Part shown: one piece after another, positions 23,820 to 36,678 of the stretch
Layout of the letters: each line of letters opens with the position of its first letter
Position numbering within the stretch: position 1 is the stretch's first letter
Source of the DNA: Rhizophagus irregularis
Lineage: Eukaryota
Assembly: GCF_026210795.1 (NCBI RefSeq)
Contig: NC_089429.1
Coordinates: 3,038,001-3,102,000, forward strand
Reading direction: 5' to 3'
Length of the DNA stretch: 64,000 nucleotides
The notes under the pieces: model-generated
What the model was told of the DNA's origin: nothing
The model's input: the letters and a program-made list of their open reading frames with translations, nothing else
The model's database searches: none
Made by a program: the position numbers and the translations under genes

Positions 23820-25463
23820 ATGAGCCAACCACAAATCTTGATAGACCCTATTGAGGCTCAGAGAATTGAAAAAAATATCATATTACGTGGAATATATTAT
23901 CGCCCAACTGGCTATCATTCTAATCCCAAATCGTTAAGAGATGCATGTAAAAAAGAGGGGCACCAATTCCGCCTAAGTGAATGTAAAGATTTTTTAGAAA
24001 ATCAAGAGTCATACCAAATTAATAAAACCTCTCCAAAATACATCCCTAGAGTCAGCTATGGGCGAATAACACGTCCCAATTGCGTACATCAGTGCGATAT
24101 ACTATTTCTCACACATGATCGTTATAGAGGTAAAAAATATAAAGCAGTGCTTAATATAATAGACTGTGCCTCCAGATACAAAGCTTCAGTTCCACTTAGA
24201 TCGAAGAAAAGTTCTGAGGTTGCTAAAGCATTTAGGAAAATATATGATGACCCTAGTAATCCTCTTACCTATCCTAAATTACTTCAAACAGATAATGGGC
24301 GAGAATGGATGGGCGAGACTTCTCGACTAATGCAAGAGCACAATGTTATAATTCGAGTGATTGGCCCATATAGTCATAGAGGACTTGCTTTTGTGGAGCG
24401 TTTCAACCAAACACTCTCAAAAATTCTATACAAAATCCAGTATGCTATTGAATCAATAACTTCCGATCCTCAATTAATAAGAGCATGGGTTAGATATATA
24501 CCAGTAGTTATTGATTATCTAAATAATTATCCCACGCGCCTTATTCGAGAACCAGGATCAGAAAAGTGGGGACTCGAGCCAGTGAAAGCCATTGTATTAG
24601 ATCGAGTAGAATCTAAACCATCTACAAAATATAAGCGCCCAGTTGGAAAAGATGAAATGAAATTAAAGAAGGGAGATACTGTCCGCTATCTACTTGCCAA
24701 TGCGGAATGGGAGGGTGGAATGGAAGCAGTGCGTAGAAGCACTGATCCTATATGGTCGCCTTCTATTCATAAAATTCGAAAAGTTGTTGTTATAAAGAAT
24801 GAGCCAGTTTTATATTATCTCGATGGTGAATTTGCACCATCTCGCGGGTTTGTGCGAGAAGAACTTATGTTAATAGCTGATCCAGAAAGGGTTGGTCGTC
24901 CGCCTCAAAGCATATTGTCTGTACATATTGCATATGCTTCCCCTACTAATAGCGAGCTAGATCAAGCGAAGAATTATGCTAAGAAGCGCAATGGTCAATG
25001 TCTAGGAAAGACCGGACGAACAAATGGCCATAGCATATATCTTTGGTCTTGTAAGAATGGTGCGCATCAGTGGGAGTATCCATTAAAATATATTATAAAA
25101 AAATTTGAATGGTGTCCTCTTTGCCATCATACTACCGAAAGAACTGTACGATATATTTTTGAGGATTTGTTAGGCAAGAAATTTCCACCATGTAGGGGTA
25201 AGTTCTTAGATGGGCTACACTTGGATGGATATAATGAGGAATTGCGTCTTGCATTTGAATTCCAGGGTCCTCAACACTATCATCACAATAATTTCTATCA
25301 TCGGGAGAATGAAACTTTAGAAACACAAAAGATTCGTGATCAGAAGAAGCGGGATATATGCAAGAAGCAAAATATATGCCTTATCGAAATTCCATATACC
25401 GCTGATCTCCTATCCTATATCAGGCATACTCTAATCGAGAAAGGGTTCTTACCAAAGCAATAA
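23820..25463 (+). CDS. rve (DDE) integrase fused to a Zn-ribbon and PD-(D/E)xK endonuclease
   Basis: DDE triad in [16 protein letters not shown] and [11 protein letters not shown]3-like [10 protein letters not shown]-terminal WSC..H.W..WCPLC and [22 protein letters not shown]...RDQKK...LIEIPY. Intact 547-aa ORF. Confidence 0.9.
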   Translation: MSQPQILIDPIEAQRIEKNIILRGIYYRPTGYHSNPKSLRDACKKEGHQFRLSECKDFLENQESYQINKTSPKYIPRVSYGRITRPNCVHQCDILFLTHDRYRGKKYKAVLNIIDCASRYKASVPLRSKKSSEVAKAFRKIYDDPSNPLTYPKLLQTDNGREWMGETSRLMQEHNVIIRVIGPYSHRGLAFVERFNQTLSKILYKIQYAIESITSDPQLIRAWVRYIPVVIDYLNNYPTRLIREPGSEKWGLEPVKAIVLDRVESKPSTKYKRPVGKDEMKLKKGDTVRYLLANAEWEGGMEAVRRSTDPIWSPSIHKIRKVVVIKNEPVLYYLDGEFAPSRGFVREELMLIADPERVGRPPQSILSVHIAYASPTNSELDQAKNYAKKRNGQCLGKTGRTNGHSIYLWSCKNGAHQWEYPLKYIIKKFEWCPLCHHTTERTVRYIFEDLLGKKFPPCRGKFLDGLHLDGYNEELRLAFEFQGPQHYHHNNFYHRENETLETQKIRDQKKRDICKKQNICLIEIPYTADLLSYIRHTLIEKGFLPKQ

Positions 25464-25529
25464 GTCGCATGATTTGGGAAACAATGTTCGGACATTTTAT
25501 AGTATATAGTAATTCAGCGACCCATCACA

Positions 25530-26274
25530 ATGAGAAGAATGGAATATTATATTTATCATCTCGATGAGGTTAAAAGTATGAAGAACACCAATCACCCTGC
25601 AAGTCCTGCATTTCCTTTTCGTCTGTTAATCTGCGGTGGATCTGATAGTGGAAAGACCAATATGATCCTTAATCTTCTTCTTGGTAATAAAATCCAGCGA
25701 TTACATAAGAAAAGAAAAGGGGAAAGATATGTCAAGAATGATGATCTGGTCCTTATCGGGAAGCATATTCAGTGAACCGAAATGGGTATTGGTCAAAAAC
25801 TGCTATAAGATATTTGCAAATGCTCCAGAAGCAACTCGGGAGAATGTTACATTTCGGGCCTTAAAGGCGAACGCTATTCCAGATGTAACTAAGTTTTCCT
25901 CGGACAGAAATACAGTTGTTGTCTTTGAGGACCTTTGCGCTGAATCAAAAAAGATTCAGGATCAGATTGTCCCATATTTCATTAGCGGGCGACATCAAGG
26001 AATATCGAGCATATATGTGAGTCAGAAGTATACGCAAACTCCTAAAATAATCCGTGAAAATATTACGCATTTAGCCCTATGTCGAGGGAGTGGTAGTCGG
26101 GACGATATTAGTCGTATTGTGCACCAATACACAGATAATCCAAAAAAAGCATCCAAAATTATTGACAAACATCTGCGGGATCGGAATTTTGTGGTCTTTG
26201 ATTTTACTAAACCAGTAGATGATCCATTAGCGATTAGACTGGGTTGGGACACGCCTTTGAAATTAGAAGAATAA
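25530..26274 (+). pseudogene. A32/FtsK-HerA-type viral DNA packaging ATPase (one frameshift near 25770)
   Basis: [15 protein letters not shown] (Walker A), VVVFEDL (Walker B), [14 protein letters not shown] (arginine finger/Q motif), [11 protein letters not shown]. Confidence 0.85.
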
Positions 26275-26435
26275 AATCTAAATTAGTGAATCTCTGTTCA
26301 CAATGAAAAAATTATCCTTAAATGATGCTTGTATTATTGCCGAATCTCATGGTGGAATGTACCCCGCGAACATCCGCACAGGATACGGCTAGGATGGGAC
26401 CAAATTCTCACTAATGAATAGAATTTTCTTAGGTA

Positions 26436-27137
26436 CTAAGGACGAAATGTATATTTTTTCCTGGTTTCTAGATCATGTTCAGATTCACTATGCCTCTTCG
26501 CCCATAAATTCCTTTCATAAGTGCTGGAATATATTTTTGGCTCTATAGTTATATTACTATACTTCATATTGGAAAGGATCTGATCAACAAGAGAGACAAT
26601 TTTTCTATCCTTAGCAGAAATAATATCTTCCAGATGCCGGCATTTATTCTCTAACACATCAATAGACTTTTCTGCTGATGTAATGGCCTTTTTCGTATCA
26701 GGAATTATACTTTTGAAAAAAGCTACCGAATCTGATAATTGGACAACTTTCTCACCACTCTCTTCCAAAGACCTGGTCATAGCTACCTCACGAGACTTAT
26801 ACTGCTCTTGCAATTCGAGAAGCTCTTCAATCTTTTTTTCCAATACCTGCTTTGATATACACAATTCCTCATTTTTTTGCCTTAGCAAAGTTTCACAGTC
26901 GCTAGTAATAGGCTTCATCTTCTGACGCTCTTTTTGCTTAATATAATTTCCAACCGCCTTATTTAACAAATCTTCCACTTCGGGATGAATACTACTTGCC
27001 TGTTCCATCGATAATGGATGTTTTCGTGAAGTAAGACGTCGCCATACATCTATTTTGATGGAACAAGGGAGCTGGTTAAGTTGCTTTAAGTAATATACGT
27101 GAAAAGATGGTGTTAGTATACCGGTCATTGTTACCAT
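26436..27137 (-). CDS. Coiled-coil hypothetical protein
   Basis: 233-aa intact ORF, heptad-rich. Confidence 0.6.
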   Translation of the reverse strand: MVTMTGILTPSFHVYYLKQLNQLPCSIKIDVWRRLTSRKHPLSMEQASSIHPEVEDLLNKAVGNYIKQKERQKMKPITSDCETLLRQKNEELCISKQVLEKKIEELLELQEQYKSREVAMTRSLEESGEKVVQLSDSVAFFKSIIPDTKKAITSAEKSIDVLENKCRHLEDIISAKDRKIVSLVDQILSNMKYSNITIEPKIYSSTYERNLWAKRHSESEHDLETRKKYTFRP

Positions 27138-27361
27138 AGGTAACTAATAAAAAATTTTGAGAATTTTATAGATTCAGAAATTTTATAAGAAAAATTTTGA
27201 GAATTTTATAGATTTTGGGCGAACCGAGTTCGCTGAAATTTGCCAAGAAAATTTTCTGGGACATAATGTCTCGGAAAATGCCAAGATTTTTTTTTATTAT
27301 CTAATACACTGCTTTATTAATAATATAACTTAATAAAAATTACATGTATGAAATCTCTATT

Positions 27362-29264
27362 CTATGAATTTTTGGGGGTCGAAACTGTTACTACCATTTC
27401 ACTAGAACTATGGTCACTATCCCCCGAGTCAGGATTATATAATATTTTGTGAATTGTACACGCTACAACCGTTCTCAATGTCAATAAAGTATGGATAAGC
27501 GGATATACAGCACTTGGTGAAGTCATGTGCAACGGAATTGTTGCCTCCTCTATTAAACAGTACTTGTAAATTCCCGATTCTTTTCGCATAGCATAAAGTT
27601 CTATAACATCGCCTAGAAATGGATAGAGCAAAATATGAACGATTTATGAATATATAAAAAAATAGAAGTAATTTATTTGTACCTGCAATGTTAATAGTAA
27701 ATATGGTCAGATTCTGCCTCTTTGATGATTGGTTAAATATCTTTTTAAGGTTTTTTATGTTTCTCGTAGTGTCTATAGAATCCTTGGAAAAACGGATTAA
27801 TTTTTTGTGATCACGAACCCGCTTATCCTGACTGGAATTAGGTCTACCGGTCTCAAGATAAACAATTTCAAGTTCAGCTTTTTTTCCTAACTGGGCTACC
27901 ATCATATAATCAGCTCTTCGGGCAATTTTACGAGAACCTTTTCGTGTAGCACTAGCTGAACTCCCTTCTTCGCCCCTTAATTTAGAAGAAATATTAATTG
28001 AAGCAAAAGATATGATAGTGGTGTATCTTTTCAAGTTAAACTTACCATATGTCCCACGCTGTTGGTTTTCCTGGTAAATCACTCATCACTATATTTATCA
28101 ATGGAGCGAGAACTTCGCAAACATATGATCCTTCATTTATCGATTTTTCCTTCTTTATATATGCTTCGTATTTTGGCGATTTCCAAATTTTGAGCCTATA
28201 ATTGTTTATCAGTTAATAAGTAAAAAAAAATGCCAATTTTTCGAGACCGCATGGTCCCAGAAATTTGATGACTTACATTGATTCTAACATTCGTTTTGTT
28301 AAATCATGTAATTCTTCGGTTTTATCCAACCATTCTCCATAATTAATATTGCCCAAATCATCATCCATATTAATTTTAGATTCCTCATTCCGGATAAATT
28401 CTTTACAGGCTTCCATTACATCATGATTCTGTTCTAACTTATATCTTCGAAATGGCTCCTTAAAAATATCAGAAACTGACCCAGGCATATTTGTAAAGGG
28501 TTCTGACTTGATATCTAGAACACCTGAACAAATCGGATGATCGAATCCAAGACTCTCCACATTAATTTCTTTGAGTTCCGTTTCTATTCTCTCCCACATG
28601 GTTTTCTCATAACTAGCGCTCTCAGTTATGCACTGTCCAACATCACGCTTCAAAGATCGTAAATTTGTATTTGCATCTTCATACCAGGCTTCGGTATCGA
28701 TTACTAATGCTTCCATTTCTGAGAGTGAACATAGATCTTCGAATGCAGTTCCAACCTAAAATGTATTTAAAATTAGTTTCCAAGACTCGTGTGACAAATA
28801 ATTTAATTATACATCGCGGGATCAGATTAGGTTTCCATTTTCATAAAGTCTCAAATGCCGGCAAAATGTTTGATATGTAGCCATATGCTAATATATGATA
28901 TAAAACTAGTTACTGCCGTGCGGGAAGTAATAATATTACAACGGACATCAGCCTCTTCGCTAGTGATAATACCATACTAGGAAACCTAAAAAATACAAGT
29001 CATCATATCCATATATTTTCATAAAATAATTCATTACCATACCCGTTTAGCTAATTTTTTCCCGGTACCAAAACTTTGAAGTTTCTTTCTTCGCTCGACA
29101 TCTTCTGGGGGGACTCTTTCTAAGACTCTTTTCAGAACATTCTCAAAATCCTCCACCTCCTTTTCGAGAACGCCTGTCCATTCACCTTCCTCTACTCGTA
29201 CAAATAATGCCGTGGAAATTCTGACAATATCGAGGGGTTCTCTGGTTAAAAGAAACTCTTCCAT
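27362..29264 (-). CDS. Intron-containing cargo gene with a C-terminal PD-(D/E)xK (CR-REase-like) domain
   Basis: Exonic ORFs at 29034-29264, 28273-28716, 27435-28082 and 27362-27631, with GT/AG boundaries. Motif SATRK...RRADYM...IVYLETGR...DHKKL...KDSID. Confidence 0.6.
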
Positions 29265-29998
29265 GTTTAGATAAAATAAGAAGATAATTGTTAGTGAAAA
29301 GCTTGCTAGGCGAAGTAAAAAAAAACAATATATGGTAAATTTTAATACCTTTTCGCCATACTTGCCTTTTTAAATGTCTTGCATTTCCCATTCACGTCCT
29401 CTCTAACTCACATTCATGTTTGGGGAGATAGAAGAAATATGCGAGGCACTTTACGCCAAAATTTTATGTTTAAGAGTAAGACATGCGGAATCATTGTAGA
29501 TCTCAACATTGCAAAGGCGTTGGGGAATATGCATATACGAACTTTTTTTCGCCTGACCGCTTAATACTAAGACCTAGCAACGTTATATAATGTATTTCTG
29601 TCGAAATTAGTGAACCCCATATAGTAGAAATAGCCTGTAGCTCTGGAGAAATAAACTCACAAATAAATGCTATTCCACTAAACGTTGCTAGGGAAAAAAA
29701 TTCGAAATATTTTTGGGTGTGTGAAATTATTTCGTCGCACAAGCATAGAGTATTACTTATTACATCATATCCACTCAACGGGATCAGAAACACGTTTATT
29801 TTCTGTCGCATGGCTGGTCTAACCCAGATTAGGCGGATCACAATTTTTATTTCACATAAATTATGAAGGTGATACATTTCACTAGGCGATCACCCATACA
29901 TTGTAGTGGAGTAAGCGAATGAAAGTAAAAAAAATGATTTATTGTATTATTAAGTAAAGCGTCTTTGGCTAATAATTATACATAAATATAATACTATA

Positions 29999-31117
29999 TT
30001 ATTTTGATAAAGAATCTATGGCCCGAAAAACTCGGCACACATATTCACAATTATTATTTGAATCTGAGAAATCTATAATGTTAAACTTCCCCTCGATAGT
30101 AAAACCATATTCAGATTTAAAATAGTCAATTTCTAGCGAATCACATGGATATGGTTTGCCTGTTATTTTACATCTATAACGCGCATATTCTGAACTTTTA
30201 ACAAAGTTTACGTTGCCATTGTTATAATATTCATTAATACGGTAATATTCAGGATTCGATAGCCACTTTAACATATAAGACCAATCACCATATGTAACGA
30301 TTCTATAGCCTTGCTGATGTAATACTATAAAAGCAACTATATATGCTATATTACCTAATCGATTATGTAACTGATCACTCTTCTTTTCTGCCCACTCGCG
30401 TGGAATATGACCATCATATAGATTATTCAGAAAAGATTCAGGTAAATCTTTAGCTAGAATTTTTCGATCAATATACCATACATATGGATCATAAATATCT
30501 CTTTTACCACGAGGAGATAGAAACTTCTTCTTGTCAGGAGTACCATCATTCCTCACCATATTCCAAACTCGTTTTGCCCAAGTTTCGGGTCTCAACTTGA
30601 AAGCTCTCCAAGCCCGTTGGACAACTTTTACAGTATCGATTAAATGATTTACATGCTTTTTCCAAGTTTCATAATCATCTGCATAGGAATAAATAGATAA
30701 GCCTTTACTGAATTTAAAACAATATGTTAGATAAATCTCTTCAATCTCCTTTTTTGTATTCTTTTGTATAGATGTACTGCGCCTTTTGGCCGTTCTAGCA
30801 ATACATTTCTTCAGATGATCATTGCCACATTCGATGGTATTTTCACGAATAATTACTAAGGAGTCGCATACAGTGCAATAAATATGTAATGAGCATCTCC
30901 CAGCTTTAAATTCCCCATCTATATATACTCTTTCAATCATTTGAATAAATCCATTCTTAGAGAAGTATTTTGGGTTATATTCAAGAAGTTTCTTAAATGG
31001 ATAACGAACACGAGAATACCACATTTCTGGCGTTTCACTACTATACCTATATTGCAAATTGTTTAACGCCTGCACTACTACAGGATTTAAACCAGAATAG
31101 TAATTAGTTTTATCCAT
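29999..31117 (-). CDS. Hypothetical protein with CxxC and an IQ-like motif
   Basis: 372-aa ORF containing YCTVCD and VKVVQRAWRAF. Confidence 0.6.
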   Translation of the reverse strand: MDKTNYYSGLNPVVVQALNNLQYRYSSETPEMWYSRVRYPFKKLLEYNPKYFSKNGFIQMIERVYIDGEFKAGRCSLHIYCTVCDSLVIIRENTIECGNDHLKKCIARTAKRRSTSIQKNTKKEIEEIYLTYCFKFSKGLSIYSYADDYETWKKHVNHLIDTVKVVQRAWRAFKLRPETWAKRVWNMVRNDGTPDKKKFLSPRGKRDIYDPYVWYIDRKILAKDLPESFLNNLYDGHIPREWAEKKSDQLHNRLGNIAYIVAFIVLHQQGYRIVTYGDWSYMLKWLSNPEYYRINEYYNNGNVNFVKSSEYARYRCKITGKPYPCDSLEIDYFKSEYGFTIEGKFNIIDFSDSNNNCEYVCRVFRAIDSLSK

Positions 31118-31442
31118 TTTACGGGTATAGTAAAATTATAGCAATTTATAGCAATTTTATCAGGTTTTTATCAACTTATACTATAAAATATCATGATTCA
31201 AATTTCGCATAACTAGAGCGGACAAAAATTTTCCGATCAACTCAATTTATATGTAAAATTTATTTCGTCATGCAAGCAATCACACAGATGATTTGCTTAT
31301 TACATATTTTGTTGCACATACATATATTCATTGTGGCGGAAAAAAACAGTTTATTATACACACAGTTGTATTATACATATTATTCATACAATTCATTTGC
31401 TCATATTAAATACCTTTGATCTATATAATTATTTTTGCTATC

Positions 31443-34072
31443 TCATGCACGTTCAATACAGTGTAATATCCTGAGCGTTAAGAGACCTCCAAACAAGTCA
31501 TTTTTATTTTCTATTGTTATCACAAGTTCATCTTCCTCATAAATTTCATCTAGGCGTTTTTTAGCATCGGTAACAAAAAGGAAGATATGAGGTCCAACAT
31601 TTCTGCACTTATCGTGTTCTTCCTTCACAAGCCCCTTTGTTAACATAATTGGCTGATATCCATCCATCAATTTTTTACGGCTAACCACCAATTGTTTATC
31701 TTGAATGAGGATGGGTGGGTTTGTAAGCACAAATGAATCTGCAAATTCGGCTCCCTGGAGATTGTGATAAGCAATACATTCTGATGACCGATGTTTAATA
31801 AATTCTCTCCAATTCTTTTGCTCAATCTTCTTATTTGTTGATTGTACCGAAAATACAGGTTCAAACTCAAGGAGTTCATCATTCTGATTTTCGCGCAATG
31901 GGATAAGTTGTGAGAGCTTACATGTGCATAGACCAATTGATCCTTTTTCAATTAATCTCTGGTAGATTGCCCATAATCGGAACATAATTACTGAAATTGT
32001 TAAATGTTCATTCTGGTCTGGGGATAATGCATTGCTTAGAGTATCAAGAACTTTGATTGGTGGGATCACAGAAGTATTCCGACTAGAAAAAATTTCATGC
32101 AGAGTAAGAAAGGGGATCTTAAGCTTTTTTTTACGATTTCCCTCTAGGAAAACAAGCTCATCTTTTTCCAGGTCCTGTAAAATACAAAAATTAGGTATAT
32201 ATGGAAAGCACTGAATATCAAGATTATAAGTGTATTACTTACTTCAACTTTACGTTTCTTACTACCAAATGTAGTTGATCGATCAACAGGCCACTCAAAT
32301 ATGGTGTAGGCTGTTAAAATAGGGACAAGCTCAAGATTGTCTTTCGCCATAAAAACTTCAAAGTACCGGGAATACTTTGTACCGATCTTTTTTTTTAGTG
32401 CCTCAAGAAGCTTTTGGCAGTACTCTGGTTTATATTGACATTTTTGAAGGAAGTATCGTAACCCACTTTGATAAAATTTCTCACCATATGTAAGTTCTTT
32501 ATGCTCAACAGCTTTACCGATGATGCCCATCTGAAATATCATAACTTCTAGAAAACGACCGACAACACCAAGAAGCTCAATTATATACTCCAAATGGATG
32601 GAGATCTTATTGATCCTGCCGATAACAATGCAATAATATAATAAGTAATGTTATGAAATACGCAATCCACAGCTAATATACTATTCACCTTTTTGTTTCA
32701 TCAGTCTAACAAAAATATCAAGTTAGAATAGCTAAGTATTATTACAAAATCAATTAATGAGAATCTTAACACTGATAATAATAACTTACCACTCCTCGGT
32801 TAGCAAGTTCTAATATAACTTCTTTAGCATGTTCGACTTTCAACAATGGTAAATTTATGTCCTCAATTTTCGCATTTGTTGACTCTATTAAATTAAACAA
32901 GGCGTTTGCGTGTGTTCCAGTCAATATCACGAAAAGAAAGTAACCATTTGATATAACCCTTGCAAGAGCCTTGAGAACTGTCTTGAGCCATTCGGGACGT
33001 CCTTCGTTAAATAGTATATTTGTCTCATCAATGTTAATTATAAAAAGGCGTTTATTGCCTTTTTCATTATTTGGGAAATAACCTAAGATTATATCAATAA
33101 CTCGATCGAGTTCAATCGTCTTAATTCCAAGTATTTGTCTAAATTTTGTAAGGGTGATATCGATACTGCAAGAGCGGTTTGAGGTGATTTAGTAGTGATT
33201 TAGTAAGTAAGGATTACGGAATCATAAACAGATGGAACTTACTTCTTCAGAACTTTCAAAGCCTCATGTAGTAATCTTATTGCGAAAGATGTTTCAGGAT
33301 ATTCAAAATCTTCATCCGTCAAATCATCGCACATGATTTGAAAAATCTGACCTGCATGACGGGCTTCTTTCACTGCCTTTACAACTTCGGAATTTATCTC
33401 TGTAGAATAAACCTTTTGGTTTTCAAACGCTACCCTAGCAAATGTTGTTTTTCCTTTTCCAGCCGTACCAACAGCCGTGGGAAATCTTATCTCTTTCTTT
33501 GGCTGGCTAAAGGCTTTTGGATTTATGACAAGGCGATACAAATTATCCATATTCTTCATAAGCTTAATGATCTCTTTTTCACGGTTTACAAACTTTAGAT
33601 GAGTTGAAATGTCAGAAACATCGTTTGGAATATCGTCCGATGGTTCATGAGGTAGAGGATCACGAGCATATGGTTTAATAATTTCTTCGATCTCCTCACT
33701 ACTAATTAGATTATCTATAGCTTGTGAAGTTAGTGGATTAGTGGATTAATAAATATGAAATAGTGAAACGTCACGTTCGAGTTGACCAATCATTACGACG
33801 CAAAGGCTTACCTTCTAAATTGACCAAAAAAAGACGCAGTTAGTTACTGGACAAGACACAGTGACAGCAAGTTACCAATTATGGCGCAAGGGCTTACCTC
33901 TTAGAGATTTGGCATGTTTCCTCAAGTAGTTGACTTTCACTTCATCTTTTTCGATTGTTGGAAGAACTGCTTCCACTTTGGTCGTGTCTCTATTAGTAAA
34001 AAAATCGAGTAGGTCGGCCTTTTCGTTATCATCGAAAGGAAGGTTGTTAATTTCTTTAAAAATAGTTGACAT
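31443..34072 (-). CDS. Intron-containing P-loop NTPase plus REase-like (Crinkler-type architecture) cargo gene
   Basis: Walker A GTAGKGKTT (33239-33559), Walker B FIINIDET (~33020-33050) and C-terminal AEFADSF...ILIQDK. Exons are separated by short introns. Confidence 0.65.
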
Positions 34073-36075
34073 TTTTTTTTATTTGTGAGTTAAGAAATTA
34101 AAAAGAAGTAATTGATAAGAATTTTTTTAAAAAAAAGAAAAATCGATTTGCTGAAGAGATTTATATATGGTTTAAAGTTAAGCTATAAGCTATATGAACG
34201 CGTCTTAAATCTAATTAAACTTCTATTATGAAAACGCGTTTTGTAAGTCCGATACTGATCTTACTGATATAGAAATGATTATAAAATTCGAGTCATCTTA
34301 AGTATGACATGATATGACAATTTTTTATATAATACATAATTAAAAATATAATAAATCCGATGTGCGAAACTTTATTAATTTTTTTTAGCTATGAAATGTA
34401 TGATGCTATCAAAGAGGGAGGGAGTACGCGGATCCTAGGCCATTTAATGCGAGTCCCAGCACCACATTATTTCTTTGCTCTCAGAATAATTTCTACAGAT
34501 AAATTTGTTTCTATATCTACTACTAACTACAAGATTCTCAGCTCCATACTCCTTTATTACACTATATTTTCGAAATAAATAATCCCACCCATATCTACGC
34601 TTATACATATCACTCCTACCCACACAGACTATGTAAAAGATTAAGTTCCGTACCCATGATATATTAATTTCGAACCTATAGAATCGGAGAATAGAAATAA
34701 GTATATGCCCATAATTTTTGATAAAAAATAAACGTTATACTTCATTTCATCCTTACCATGATATTTCATTTTTGTAGCATTCCACTCCGCCAATATTTGA
34801 GAAAATTATTGCTTAATGTTTTTTGGATCGAAAGATTGTTGCTTGATTTATTGCGCCAGATGTTTGATATAAGACATGTGATGAGAATCAGGCAAAGCCA
34901 CAATTTTACTGCGCTGATGATGCTGATATTACCCCCATCACGGGGAATTATTTTTATGATTAAAATTTTATTCGATATACTGCGCCAGACTTCGAGAATC
35001 AGCCACAGCAATTTGGTTAGACGCGTATCAGCGATCCCGATTTTCTCAACGAATATTAAAAGGATCAAGAAAGGTAATATGTCCGTTTTATTTTTGAGCA
35101 TCTATATAGGTGGGAAAATCGATTAATATCGTGATGACGTTCTTCCGGAATCTAGCCAATCAATAATCAAACCCACCTTATTATTATTTTGCGGAATATA
35201 CTCGTTTGGTTGATTGTGGATATTAATGATGAATATAACGGTAAATTTGATTAGTTTCGTTTGTTATTTTTTTGTTTTACTTGCACAAGGCGGATAAAAA
35301 AGTTCACTAACTAAGACTTCACCTTTTTATATAATTTCCAGGATCGATTCTGGAATACGCTTTTGGGGTAAATTATGTTAATATGATCGCATCACGAAAA
35401 TCTGATCAACCTCCTCTCCTTAATTTAACACTATCCATATGTAAAGATCATCAAGGCCCCTTTTTAATAATAATATACGTAAGAATTTTGAGAATATGCG
35501 AGAAAGTTTGAGAATAAATTATTTTGCGCAACTACTTGTTCCCGTGATACATGTGACGTATATACTATGCGCATTTATTAAGTTCTAGATCAATGATTTC
35601 GTTACAATAATTGATTGAAAAAATATATTAGCATACACGCTTCCCACAATCCCTCCATTGTATATCTGAATTTTGTAAATTAATTGCATCTTTGCTTTAT
35701 TGATCATACGAGAAAAAAATACATAATACAAATCAAAGACTGCTACATGATGCTACTTCAAACTAATTTAAAATGATAAAAAATTGAAGCATTATACCGC
35801 TTCCCCTTCTGTGATGCTAATATTATTCTCAAAATCCTAATGAAAAAATTGTCTATTAGCTTGTTGCTTCCTTGCAAATACCCAATATAACCGAAAGTAA
35901 ACTCACCTTAACTGCACAATGTCTTGTCCAGAAGTTTCTTCTCCAGTATTTTTTTTGCCGGCACTCTTTCATACTGCAGTACGTCGTGAATGTTGCATCA
36001 CTTACCTATTTGGAAAAAAAATATCTAGATATCGTACTATGCATTTTTTCAGATGATTGATCTCACATGACTGGC

Positions 36076-36579
36076 CTATGCTACGATCGCGAACTTGAAT
36101 TTATTGCTTGAAGTGAAGCAAGTAAGACAATATTCTGTTCCATACCATTCGCCATGTAATCCATAATTCCCATGCTTTCCATCGCAGATAGGGCATGGTG
36201 AGCTCCATGGCTGAGGTGATGCAAAATTATAATTATCAATCCCTTTAAAGCTATTTCGGAATTTCAGGTATGTGAAATGCTCTAAGACGGATTTGATAAT
36301 TGATTCTGGATCGGGTCTGGCTTTGAAGGTGATAGGCCCTTTTTCTTCACATTGCTCACCGGAGGAGGGAAAAGATAAATCGGATACTTTGTTTTCTGGC
36401 GAATTTATGACTTCCGATTTATATACTTCTGATAGTTGCCATGGCTCATTTCCTGTTTCTTTTTTATAACTTTTGTATAATTTGGAACGAATCTTATCTG
36501 TCAAAATACTTGGTAACCCAGCTAATTTGGCATGCCAATTCAGATATTCGGGAGTTAATATTTTATCGGGCTTGGTCAT
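36076..36579 (-). CDS. Hypothetical protein with a CPxC..H zinc-binding motif (possibly a 3' exon of the next gene)
   Basis: PCPICDGKHG...YCLTC. Confidence 0.5.
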   Translation of the reverse strand: MTKPDKILTPEYLNWHAKLAGLPSILTDKIRSKLYKSYKKETGNEPWQLSEVYKSEVINSPENKVSDLSFPSSGEQCEEKGPITFKARPDPESIIKSVLEHFTYLKFRNSFKGIDNYNFASPQPWSSPCPICDGKHGNYGLHGEWYGTEYCLTCFTSSNKFKFAIVA

Positions 36580-36678
36580 GTTACCTTTTTCTATAATTGC
36601 AAATCAATCTAATTAGGTATTAGTTGATATGTGTAAAAAAATAAATAATAAAGCAAATGTAGTCTCAAATTTACCTGA

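Noticed and set aside
20413..25463. Nested LTR retrotransposon (gag-pro-int)
   Set aside because: No RT/RNase H, LTRs or PBS are visible. The integrase is on the opposite strand to gag-pro in both elements and is Polinton-like.
34360..36060. Short ORFs in this interval
   Set aside because: No recognisable motifs, overlapping on both strands, and composition typical of intergenic DNA.
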